Source of the DNA: Tubiluchus corallicola
Lineage: Eukaryota > Animalia > Priapulida
NCBI GenBank assembly: GCA_030141605.1
Contig: JAQGDQ010000376.1
Location: forward strand, 62,001-126,000
Length of the DNA: 64,000 bases
Reading direction: 5' to 3'
Positions 13,401 through 24,800 of the stretch are shown in pieces. How positions within the stretch are numbered: position 1 is the first letter of the stretch; each line of letters starts with the position of its first letter. Under the pieces are notes generated by a model. It ran no database searches. It was not told the origin of the DNA and saw only the letters and a program-made list of their open reading frames with translations. The position numbers and the translations under genes were made by a program.

Positions 13401-14939
13401 GTAGGTGAGCTATATCAAAACAAGTGTAGTTTCAGTCTGCAACTGTTTTGAGCTTCTAGTCTCAGCTTCGTTCAAGGCATACTCGGACACTCCTACTTTC
13501 ACTGCTAAAAAACTCACTTCTTGTAGAGAAAGGTTCTTGGTATATCATCAATACGATGCTTTAAAACTGACACTTGTTTTGCCAAAGCCATAACATCTGT
13601 CGCAGACAATGAGACTGGTGGCACTTTATGAGCATGCATGACCACAAACCTGGTTACACTGGTACTGTCTATAAGAATTTTATTTTGCAGCAGATAAAGA
13701 GTGTCCATTACCATTTTCATTTTGTTATTCACTTCAATCTTGAATGCCTCATAATAGTTCTCAGCAGTTGTTATCGTTTTAATCAGCAATGCTTTTGCTT
13801 GCATGAATTCGTCCTCACTGCAAATGTCAATGATTACTTTAGCTGCATTGTCTGTAGGAATGTCTTCGTTTAACTAATTCTATGTAAAATACAGTAATTC
13901 GTTATGTAACATCTAAGTGGATTTGGTTTGATTTGCTTTACTAGCTCGATCTTGCACATCATGGTTGATTACATGTGCATTGCTTTTTCCTGCACATTTG
14001 TTGCAAGATGAAATGCCACGATGTAATGTTGTAATGGTCCTAAAGGACTTAATTCCTTACGATGTGCAAATCATTTTACTCATTACTGAAAGTAGCAGTA
14101 ATACAATAGAACCACTGCAATGAGCTTACCCAATAAGATTCTGTCATGGTACCCACTCCAATTTAAAATATTTACAGGAATGTAAAAATTTCCCAAACCA
14201 GATTACTAATCTTATGAATAAAGCCAGCTGCCAAATCCTTGTTTTTTGCTCATCACAGCAATATATAATGTATTAATATTCCTCACATCAATACACTATA
14301 AAATTTTTCAACCAACCACTATCGTACATGCGCCGTGTAGTAGGGACACTCTTTATCTGTATCGTTTTTTACTGTATTTATGCCAAGTTGCTGTTTTTGT
14401 ATCTGAAACACACATGTAGTAATTTACGTACAGCAGTTGTTCTTTTTTCACGTGAATTATGTTCATTGTTCATTTCCTTTACTTAGGTAGACGAAATTGA
14501 CGGGAAATTAAATATGCTAATAGACATGTACATAGAAGATAGAAAGGCAGCATCAGAGGCATGTGAGCCCAGTGAGCAAGTATCACCACCCATACAGCTA
14601 AAACCAATAATAAAAACGGTTATCAGTGATCACTCAAGAGACACAGATAAAATAGTGAACCTAAAGACAGCATCAAGTGAACAAGTGCTCAGTAGTGCAC
14701 CTGCACGAAAGAAAAAAGTTACAGTGCGAACTCGTTCTGATGGTAATGCACGGTATGGTGGCTGCGATGATATCAGCAATGCACCTAGGAACGATGTTCA
14801 GCAAAGTGCTCTACAAGAAGTTGTGTTAGTAGAAGATGCATCAGATTCACCTCGAAAAGAGGACATGTGTGATAAAACTGAGGCTTCAAAACCTGAAGAA
14901 CAAACTTCCTTGATCAATAACCGATCAACTTGTTTATAG
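1354..14939 (+). CDS. KCNQ: KCNQ (Kv7) voltage-gated potassium channel, 5'-partial, join(1354-1480,2091-2266,6336-6461,6622-6732,9000-9187,12079-12308,12532-12724,12977-13073,14487-14939)
   Basis: All introns are GT-AG with compatible phases. Translation contains S2, S4 ([25 protein letters not shown]), S5, pore TVGYGD, S6 [21 protein letters not shown]-like helix A, helix B ([24 protein letters not shown]) and helices C/D. Confidence 0.97.
2091..2266 (+). CDS. KCNQ: KCNQ exon: S3-S4 and S4-S5 linker
   Basis: ttccag|(D)[58 protein letters not shown]|gtaagt. Confidence 0.97.
3623..4133. mobile_element. pogo/Tigger-type MITE
   Basis: Left TIR cagtgaactctcgttataagaatcac versus right gtgattcttgtaacgagagtccactg (2 mismatches in 26). 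Flanked by TA on both sides; internal gattcttata repeats. Confidence 0.88.
5690..5880. repeat. Compound microsatellite: (CT)n patches followed by an alternating (CA)n/(CG)n tract
   Basis: ctctctctct runs, then catgcacacactcacacacacacgcgcgcgcacgcacgcacg at about 5826-5880. Confidence 0.8.
6336..6461 (+). CDS. KCNQ: KCNQ exon: S5 and pore helix
   Basis: tttcag|[42 protein letters not shown]|gtgagt. Confidence 0.97.
6622..6732 (+). CDS. KCNQ: KCNQ exon: selectivity filter and S6
   Basis: ttttag|[37 protein letters not shown]|gtaagt; a different frame from the listed 6612-6797 ORF. Confidence 0.97.
9000..9187 (+). CDS. KCNQ: KCNQ exon: S6 end and helix A (calmodulin-binding IQ-like)
   Basis: ttgtag|[62 protein letters not shown]|gtaagt. 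Confidence 0.96.
10662..10805. repeat. (TA)n and (AAT)n/(TAT)n microsatellites
   Basis: atatatacatatatatatatat at about 10662-10687; taataataatattattattatt and attattattattatt at about 10744-10805. Confidence 0.8.
12079..12308 (+). CDS. KCNQ: KCNQ exon: helix A-B linker
   Basis: tggcag|[20 protein letters not shown]...LQNTE|gtaaga; enters in phase 2 and exits in phase 1, matching both neighbours. Confidence 0.88.
12532..12724 (+). CDS. KCNQ: KCNQ exon: helices B and C
   Basis: ttacag|[64 protein letters not shown]|gtgaga. Confidence 0.96.
12977..13073 (+). CDS. KCNQ: KCNQ exon: helix C end and helix D start
   Basis: ttccag|(R)[32 protein letters not shown]|gtaagt. Confidence 0.95.
13390..13912 (-). 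mobile_element. Decayed non-LTR retrotransposon ORF1 (CR1/L2/Jockey-group type) in a KCNQ intron
   Basis: Minus frame reads [38 protein letters not shown]...[32 protein letters not shown]. This matches the recalled ORF1 pattern NELLxF..N / E.EI..AK.LL / FV....KLPPV....DV..L; in-frame stops present. Confidence 0.55.
14487..14939 (+). CDS. KCNQ: KCNQ terminal coding exon
   Basis: acttag|[20 protein letters not shown]... (helix D coiled coil) through ...RSTCL-TAG. Confidence 0.92.
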   Translation, partial: VDEIDGKLNMLIDMYIEDRKAASEACEPSEQVSPPIQLKPIIKTVISDHSRDTDKIVNLKTASSEQVLSSAPARKKKVTVRTRSDGNARYGGCDDISNAPRNDVQQSALQEVVLVEDASDSPRKEDMCDKTEASKPEEQTSLINNRSTCL

Positions 14940-17900
14940 TAACCAATTGTCACCGGTGCTGATGACAAAACAATGGACATCGTTGAGCAGTTTTACCTGC
15001 TGCATTGTACAGTTTAAGGAGAATTTTCCCACACGTCTTTCTTATTGTTGATATTTATCTATTAACTACTTTTGTTAATTTTTTATAGTTTTGTTTAACT
15101 TTACGCTATAGGTAAGGTTTATTAAAAGGAAGCTTTATTTATGCTATTATTTAGTATAATTTGAATTCCATTGCTGGGCATAAAATAATCTCCAAAAAAT
15201 TATTGTGATTTGCATAAATATGTCATTTTGTTGCCTGTATGACAGCACGTGCCAGAAATAATAAGGATTATTTGTGGCATTTGTATTGAAGGTTAGTAAA
15301 GAAAAAATTTACTGCAAATGCTTTAGGTAAACACGAAATTCAAAGTGATAAAAAGATACAGAAACATTTTATCTGATTAAGATAATAAAATTGAGTAAAG
15401 AATACTGCTGGAAAATAATGAATGGCCATAAATTTTGCTATAATTACCCACCATAAAATAGGAACGTAGAAAGTGTAAATATAAAGTTTTGCAGCATACT
15501 CTACTAACACAACCCCAGCTCCAGATCAATTCAGAAATTTTATTGACTTAGAAGTTCTTTGTTGAAGCAGGGAGACTAAGAGAGACATGATATTTGCGCC
15601 ACATGTGACATGTGGATTATAGACAATTTATCTTGCTAAATAAAACTGATTCAAATGAATTTGAACTATCGAAACTAGCAATACTACCAGAAAAGCCAAA
15701 TTCTTCAAGGTGATTAACATTTGAAACTATAATGAAAAATGGCTGATCTAAAAATTTATTATCATTGTAGTACTGGTGCCATACACACTTTAAGATATCA
15801 AATTGATACTGAACCACAAAAAGTTTTTTTTTGCAGTATATGTACGTAATTAATTGCTGCAAACTATTTCTGTATCACGATTTCTGGTTGCCCATAGTTT
15901 GTATTCACAAAGTTTTCATTTCACATTATTTTATTTTGTAGTTAGTTTACATGAACTACAAAACTTTAGTAAGTTCATAACATTGTAATGAAAAATAATC
16001 GGCATTTTAAGTTTACACACCAGTGATATAATTTGCCTCATCAGTGTCATTGTTCTTTTATGTACTTGACAGATTAACAGACTGTAAATACTTAACAAAA
16101 CAATCAGTTTGCATTGTATTCCCTGCTAACCAAACATATCTTCATAAAATAAATTGGGACTGTTACTTTTTAATTTAAATGTGACAAATGATATCATATA
16201 TCAAATAGTGTCAGGCAGTGCTTCCCAAAGTGCTTAAATGTAGGTCTATGATCTAAAAATTAGGTCATTTCTAATACAAAGTTACATTTACACCTACATT
16301 CCATTTCACATAAATATTGTTTATTTACAACATTTCAGCTTTTTTATTTATAAAATCAGCATTGGTCTCTTTTAAATGAGGTTCTTTCTTTTGAAACACT
16401 AATTCTTCTAAAATTATCTTTTAATAGTTTATTGGACATAACAGACCTGTACAAGTGTTTTTTTCCAATTTTTGCAGTCAGTTTTTAATTCCACTTGCTT
16501 TTACACAGCCTGGTTTGAAAATGATTAGCATCTGCCAAACTTACTGTCATTCAGTAGCATGTAATGTTAGCTAATAACTTACTACTGGCTGGCATAAGCC
16601 GTATGAAATGAGTTCTTGCTACAAACATGGGTCGTGCAGAGCTTCCCATGAAAACCATATAATTAGGAATAGGAATATGATGCTTCACATTCACAATTGC
16701 CAAATGAGCTACCTGATGTATATTACAGATGTTACTTATGTACTTAAACACAATATACTTATGCACTGTAAACTAAGGCAGTAAATTATTCAAGTTATAG
16801 TATCTTATTTCCTTATAGATTTGAATCTTTTCAAGACGTAATTATGGTAATTCATTTCAATAAATAAATTTTTCTATTTTATTCCTTGCAATGTTGTTCC
16901 CACTTACTCAATTTCATGGTTTCAATGGCTGTGGCGGTGTCTATAAGGGCAAAGACTGCTCTTCATTCTTTGCTTGATACTAACCTTGAAACATTCTAAA
17001 TATCTAAAAAAACTCACACTGAAGCTCCTTACTAAATTATTGAACCTTTTATATCTTTGTAAAGGAACTGATGCAACATCAACTTCAGTTAATCAAATCA
17101 GGGATGAATTTAATCACCCGCTGCTAGTTAACATCTTACATTAACAATTAACATTTTCTAATTAGCACATACTGGTGACTATTTTTTTAAGAATACATGA
17201 GGCCTAAAAATATGGTCACAAATACAAGTACAAATAATGACAAATGGCAGCAATTCTGTTTTTCTTTCTTGACTTCAGACCAAAGTCTGGTCATTAGATT
17301 GTATTTCTTCACATTATGATGTTTCAGTGCATTTTCACTAATGCCCGCTATAAATGCTGAAAACTAAAAAGTTACAGAAGCTTTTCATTTTACCATAATA
17401 TCATGTGTATAATGTTGCACTAAATTGTCTTTATTTCAGCTATTCTATAACTATTTTATGTTACAATTTATTTCTAATGATTTCTGTCAGTTTTGCCCAG
17501 CGGCTTGTAACAAAACAAGATGCAAGTTTACAACAGCAATCAAACGAGAAATGACTACTGAGGTTGCACGACAATTCACAGACGTTAGGCTTAATCAAAA
17601 TATACTGGAAATGGTGACTAATAAGAACCAACCAATAAAACCAGGGCTGAATTTATGCTGGAAAGTTTGCATAGTAGTAAGTGTTACTTAAATTTAGAAC
17701 TGTGTAGCAATCACACAGTTTTGTGTGTAACTATTCTAAAAAAAGATAGTATTAAGACTCTATCTTTACTCAGATTTTCAAAAAATTTACACAGGAGGGC
17801 TTACTTACCAAAAATATTTATCAGAACTGTTCAATAGTGCAACTGATTTAAACATGTTTCGCTAACTTTGGCACATAGTTGCTTTCTTCCGCTATGTCAT

Positions 17901-18808
17901 CAGCAACTCTTTTCGAGCATCAAACATGTTTATGTATAGGTAAGAATCTACCTGCAGGCCTTCTTGCAATGGCAAATAGTGATTCTTACACATGAAGGCA
18001 GCAGGCAAACAGACAAGCAGGCAAGCAGTGCACCATATGACCATATGCTTATATCGTTATATAATTTTGGCGGATCAGATACAGTTTGCTCAAGATCTTG
18101 TAGCTACTATTAGTAGAAAATTATGAACTGAATTTTATAGTTTTGGTTTATATACAAATAAACTCAAAATAGGTAACTTTAGAGACGGGCGTGTAAGTTT
18201 AAAATGTATTTTTTACAGAACAAAATAACTCCACAAAACTCGATTAGTAGCAAATGCGATACAAAACTAAAATTGTGTATCACTTGGGGAAAAATTTCCC
18301 CCTAGCACTCTGCTGTGCAATACCAGGAGAAGAATTCAACCCTGAACATCCTCTGTTGCATTATTACACTCACAAACAAACAGCCCATTTTACAGCAAAG
18401 TGTATGTACTGGTATTAGGCCTAATGCAAATACACTTGAATTTATAAAAAAGTATGTGTAATTTAATGTTCAATTGAATTTAAACACATTTAACTATAGA
18501 ATGAGAAAAACTGTTTGCACAGCTACACAAATTAGAAGCTATGAGCTATATTGCCCTTACATTTTTTGAACAGCACAGTTACAAGAACACAGTTATCTTA
18601 ATAGTTACCATTGAAAAATTATCTTACTGACTGACTAAAAATAACCGATTAAAAACAGTTACAAATGAATTACAGTGGGCTGTTGTATTAATTGAGGCAC
18701 ATAAATAATTTAACGCAGAGCTCAATAACGCAGAGTCACAGGAACATGTAATCAATTACTGCATGACAATAGCTTAATAAGTACAAAATTCGTTACTTGA
18801 TATGTTTC

Positions 18809-18874
18809 TCATCTTAGTGTTTTTGCTGCAGCTGCTTGCACCATCTTCTTTGCTTTCACCATTTCTGCTAATTC
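18809..18874 (-). CDS. DNAJC2: DNAJC2 terminal coding exon 14
   Basis: attcag|[24 protein letters not shown]. Confidence 0.94.
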   Translation of the reverse strand, partial: ELAEMVKAKKMVQAAAAKTLR

Positions 18875-21800
18875 CTGAATATAAAAACAGTTTCTTGGAA
18901 ACACTCATAATAGAAAAAGAAATAATAAATTGCTAAAAGGCTAAATATTCCACAAGGTTTGACCATAAAATCTAGTCTTTGCAGAAATAACAGAAGAGAT
19001 ATAAATATTAGTCAGGTACATTTCTTGCAATATCAATGACAAGTTATTTACCACTCTGATCATTGTGCCATTTCATTCCAACACTTCCTCCTCCTCGTGT
19101 TCCTTGAGGAGTACTCATACAAGCAACATGAGTAAGCATACTGATGTACACTGCCCACACTGTCCTTACACTGCCCACATGTAAAGTTTTCCACTGAACT
19201 TATCAAATGTTTGTTAATATAAAATTTATATTACGATTTCAGGTTTTAGATAAATTGGAATAATAATAGTGTCATAGCTAATTTAAGGCAAATATGTGAC
19301 AGCATATAATTTTCAGTAGGAGTTTTTGTCACCATAATGTGAACAAATAAATTGGGAAGCCCAAATCTTTCTTCTGGGTTTCTGTGATTCTGGAATTGAT
19401 TTTAGGTCTAAGATCTTCCTTATTTCGGGGTGCTCCATCATTTTAGGTTACAGTAGTGGTTATCTATCAAAAACAGATGAGAATGCACAAAAGATCTACA
19501 TCAGATCTACGTCAGATCTACTTCTGAGATCTACGTCAGATCTGTTTCTACAATGCAAAACAGTGTACACTGTATTAACTGAAGAGTGTGTAACCAAACT
19601 TTATATGTACACATCTAAGTCGACAAACTGTGTCGAAAGCTTGTTCGAAATAAATGTATTAGCACACATTTATTTTAAGAATAGGGTGTTTTTTAGAATA
19701 TAGCAGGTATCAGTTTATGCAGTTATCACAGTTCACAGTATAAGTAACGATAACTGAATTGCTATTGCATTTACTACAAAATTTAAATGGTTTTATTAAA
19801 ATACAAAAATGATCACATTTACAATGTATATAAAACATGGTTAAATTAAACAGAGTCAACTACGCAAATTGACACATTTATTTATAATTATTATTGTTTC
19901 CCGGATGTTGTGTTTGCATTTAGTTTATCTTTATGATATACCCCCTTTGTTTCTCTGCTATTTATGAACTTTTATAATATCTTGGCCTCACTGACGTTAA
20001 CCGTGCTCTTCTAAATAGTATTCTATTAATTAGTGGCAATGAATTATATATTGCACCTTGTATCGCTTCATACAGTCTTTTTTGCTTCGGTTTGGGATGG
20101 TTTCAGCAATCTTGTCCCATCTATCAGGTGTATTGGATGGGAATGTCTTTAAGGCTTGTTCAAGTAACTTCTGTTCATTTGATGTCCATGGAGCAGGATT
20201 TAAGCCTTGCAATTCTGCTGGACCTGCAATCATTTTAAAACCACTTAAATAATTGAATTGAAAAAATGCTTTAGGCACATGTACATATGCATTCTAGTAC
20301 AAAATACAAGGAAAACAGTATAGCACTAGCCAAAACCACAAAAAACAACTTCAGTGCAAAGTCAAAACTGAGTGGGGCACTGAGTGGAAAAAGGAAAAAC
20401 CTGACAAGGGATATGAATTTCTGCCCGTGAGGAAAATAACTTCAGGATGCGAACACGCAGTCAACAATACTAATGCAGTTTTCTGTAGTACCTATTGTAT
20501 CTAACCATCATGGACATAGATGAAGTAGTACTCATGTGCAAGTGTGCTACGAGCATTTGTAGCAAAGAGTTTGTCTAATTCATCCCTTGAATTACACAAT
20601 CAGCTTTTGCATGCTTTAGGTGTTTTGAAAAAATGGCCTATACCACTTTGTTAGCTTGTTAGATATTTACCATCGTATCTGGCAGAAGGAGCTGCTTCAT
20701 CTGCTGCACCAACATGCTTTTGCTCTTTTTGGAAATGCTCAAAAGCTTTTTTATTTGCATCCACTTTCAATTCGAGGTCTGAAAAACAAACAAAATGGCA
20801 CTTTTTGTGTAAATTTTAATATGCAATACAAAGTCTGTATGTCTATTTTTATTGAACACTCTTGACATGCGAGATCAACGATTAAGGTCAGCTTGAAGAC
20901 ATTACAATCATGTTCATTTCTTAAAATATAAAAATTGTCAATGACTAAGTCTACCAATTAGCTACTGCTCCTATCCCAACATGCCTCACTATCAATGACA
21001 TAATAACATTGTGTGCCTGCCAAAAAATTAATAATTCACTAATGCCATTTGAAAAATAAAGTAGGTTTATATGAAATTTTATAAAAAAGGTGGATTTTAT
21101 TCTAATGATTTTGCCCAATGCCTGATATTTATAACAAATATTCAGACATAAGTGTTTATGCAAGACCTTAAAATTTGCTAGTAATATAATTATGCGAAAT
21201 CCTATACTACATACTTACCGTTTCTCTGTAGCGTTTTTGCTTTGATTAAAGCCTCTTTTGCAGAATGTTTGTATTCACTAGATGAATGCTGAGCTACCCA
21301 TGCAGCAACAACCTCCCATCTACAAATAATTAAATATATATATAAATGTAGTTATTTAGTATGTTGATCTATGCCAATATTAAATATTCATTCATTGCAT
21401 AAACACTTTTCCAGCTCTAGTGATGACCAATACACAAAACCAGAAGTATATTTGAATAGACTGCCATTCATTTTACATTTCTCAATTTCTCAAAATGTAT
21501 ATCACTACATAGATCACGTGATTGCAGTCTTAGCACTTGATTGACTGGCATAATTCCTCAATATGTTGTCACCATTCCAGCAGTTGAGTATGCGAAATTA
21601 TTTTACTTCAATGAAGCATGTAGGAAATATGTTCTCAGTGTTGTCACTGATCTCTAATGACTTAAAGAATTTGCTCTAAGAACTCATTTTAAGTCACTTT
21701 TGGTCACTAAATTGAATATTCCAATTCACTCTGCAGGTCATGGTGCCCACAGAACAAACATATCATTACCGCATATTACTAACTTCTGCAATTTATTATG

Positions 21801-24800
21801 AACCTTGCGAAGGAAAACACACTTGACACAGACAAATACTTACAATGCTCTGTATTTTACAAAACCATAATTAAACAAGGTTCACTCGTAAAAACAAGGT
21901 ACAGATACTTTTGTTGCGGGTTTTCCTCGACAAGCTAATATTCATTAACCAAATAAAGAAATTCTAGCACACTACTACTGACGATGAGATGCGTAAGCTA
22001 AGCCAATTAAAGGTTGTTAACTTGCTAGACTACACATTTTAATTTAATTTCCAATATAAAAATCAACAATAGGTAACTCACACATTTATTGTATTACAAA
22101 CTGTAAGTTAGTTCATAACAGTACCACTGTACTACTGTTGTGCTGGAAGCTAAGATGAACAAGTGCAAAGACATTTATTACACATATCCACTTTACAAGT
22201 GAACTATTCTTAAATTTTATGTACCTATCATTTGTCCCAGCAGGAAATAAGTTGACAGCTTTAATGAGCATATTAATGTCCTCTTCAGACCATTTTTTAC
22301 CACCATTTTCTAACAGTCGCTCACTAGATGTTTTCTGAGAGGCGGCTAAGAGTTCAGCTTTCTCTCGTTCCAACTTTTCATTCATCAATTGCACCTAAAT
22401 GTGCAAGTGTGTTTTAAAAGCAATAGTAAACCACATTATTAATTTATTGTATTTTTCTAGATCACTTAAGAACTACTAAAAACTACCAAAGGCTAAATGG
22501 TTCATCAGCTGATTTCTAATAATACGTCAAAGTATGAAAGTACCAAGGAATCCCAGAAATGAAGAATGCGTATCATCTAATTGAAGCCTTATGCTTTTAT
22601 GAAAATGTAGCACAATTGCCGAAATTTGAAGTTGTAAATTCAAAACAAACTTACTTCATCAGTAAATCTGAATAAATGCCTGTTTTAAAACTTTCTTGTG
22701 ATGCTTTTCAAAGTGCAGAGCCTTAACTCATTTACAAATGTGCCAGAGCAACAACAAGATGAGCCATATGTAGGGACCCTTTTACTGGAACCAGAAACAG
22801 AAGCTAGGTTACAAACATGAACAAATCATTCAAGTTATAACAACAATTATCAAAAGTTTTACCGCAGATTTAAAGGCACATTTACTTTCCTCTTCATCAC
22901 CTCTGTTCATTACTTCATTGAGTGATTGTAGCACTGTTAAGTCCATTAAGTCACAAAGCCGCTCAATTTCACCCATGTTGATAACCGCTGCTGTTTCATC
23001 TCCTCCACTAAAGTAATCCATTTGTTTTGCCAGTGTTCTCAATGATTTTCTCTCACGCTTTAGAATTTTCTTCTGAGTTTCTTTTTCTTTCTTTAGCAAT
23101 GCGGCCTGTTAAGTCAATGTTTGTAGTGTTATTATAGTGCAAAATATGTAATTGCAGTTAGCAAGTAAATACTGCTGTTGAATAAACAGGGAGCTAAACA
23201 GATAGTGCAAAAACTCATAAATGAACTCTGCTATTTGAAATTAAGTGCATAATTATAGAGTTGCATTTATTTGAAGAGCCTGCCAATGACAATTCTCCTA
23301 ACAAAGTTAACGATCCTGCCAATGACAATTTTCCTAACAAAATTAACAATTCATAATGATTATTAGTTGATGATCTTGAAGTAAATTCCACAATTATAAA
23401 ACTTTTGAAATCAAACTTGAGCAAAACAAAAAAGCATGAAAAAGTTGCAATCAAACCTACATTCGAAATCCCAGTTTTTTAAAACCCCAGGTCCACATGT
23501 AAGATATAATACCTAAATACCTCTTGAAAAAAATTTGAAAGCAAAAGCCCTTGGAGGAGATGCAAAGTAACGGAAGGGCGCGTTTCGTGGCTATAGCTTG
23601 TAAGACTAAGAAGCAAAATATGTTTACAGAGAATAAAAATAAAAAAGAAATAACTGTATGAGAATAAGGAAGATTTTGCTATAGCAAGTGTGATATAGCA
23701 CACTTGCTATAGCAAAATCTTAACACTTAACTACAGATTAATTTCTTTATTAACTGAAACCATTAATTTACGAGTAAAAGTAATTAATCGTTTATTTTGG
23801 GCTCTTGATAAATGATAATCACAGGCAGCCGTGCATTCAATTGCCGATTGGATGGTGTTGAACTCGTAACCAAATGCTCCTTGTCAAATTCAGGCCAGTA
23901 CCATTTTCATATTTTTTTCTTTTCAATCACGTTTGGTTGCAAGAATTAAAAATGCCAGCTCATTCAATTATTGCTTAAAAAATCTTCACCTTTACCATTT
24001 TTTTATATATTTAGAACATTTGTTATGCACATGGACTTACAGCAACAGGTCATTTTCAAAAACACTTGCTTCGTAAATTATGTGAACGTTTGTTGTAATG
24101 AAGCAAGTCACTGATTGATATTTCACACTTGCAAACACAAGTTTCAAGTGGGATGCAAATTTAAAAACATGGTAAATACATTTGAAATAACCCAGCATAA
24201 AGTGGGGCCATACCTGGACTGCTGCATCAAGGTAGCTTCTTTCTGAGTATGAGAAAAGATCCTATCTATTAATTAGCTTCGTTAGTTCACCTATTAATTT
24301 TGCAAATCGTTAGTTTTATTTAGCCCATTCTCAATCTTTTCGTGTCACTAATAAAGAATCAACAATTTTAGTAAGTAATATCAGCAATTGCGGAACTAAA
24401 AAGAACCAATGGCGTAAGAAATTAAATGACCTTCAGGCAGCCATGTTACTTTACAGCATAGCTAGAGTATTTTAAGGGAACGATCAGCTCCACTAACCTG
24501 TGCTTTTGCTTCTTCTTCTTCCTCTTGTCTTCTCCTATGTTCTGCCTCAAGCATTTCTTTCCGCCTCATCTCTTCTTCCTCAGCCCTTTGTTTCGCAGCT
24601 TCAGCTCTCGCTTGCTTCTGAATCTCCTTCTTCCGCTTTTCATCTTCTTTGAATTTCTGTATTCTCGGATCACAAGCATAAGCATTATCTAAATGTTTTT
24701 GTAAACATTTTATTAGTGCTTGAGTAAACAAAGTTTATTAATGTTTACTAGCACATAAACATAAATAATTTTCAAGTACATATATGCTGTTGATGCTACC

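Noticed and set aside
19492-19543. Short regular repeats as a CRISPR-like array
   Set aside because: 11-bp tandem units with no unique spacers, in a eukaryotic intron, with no cas genes.
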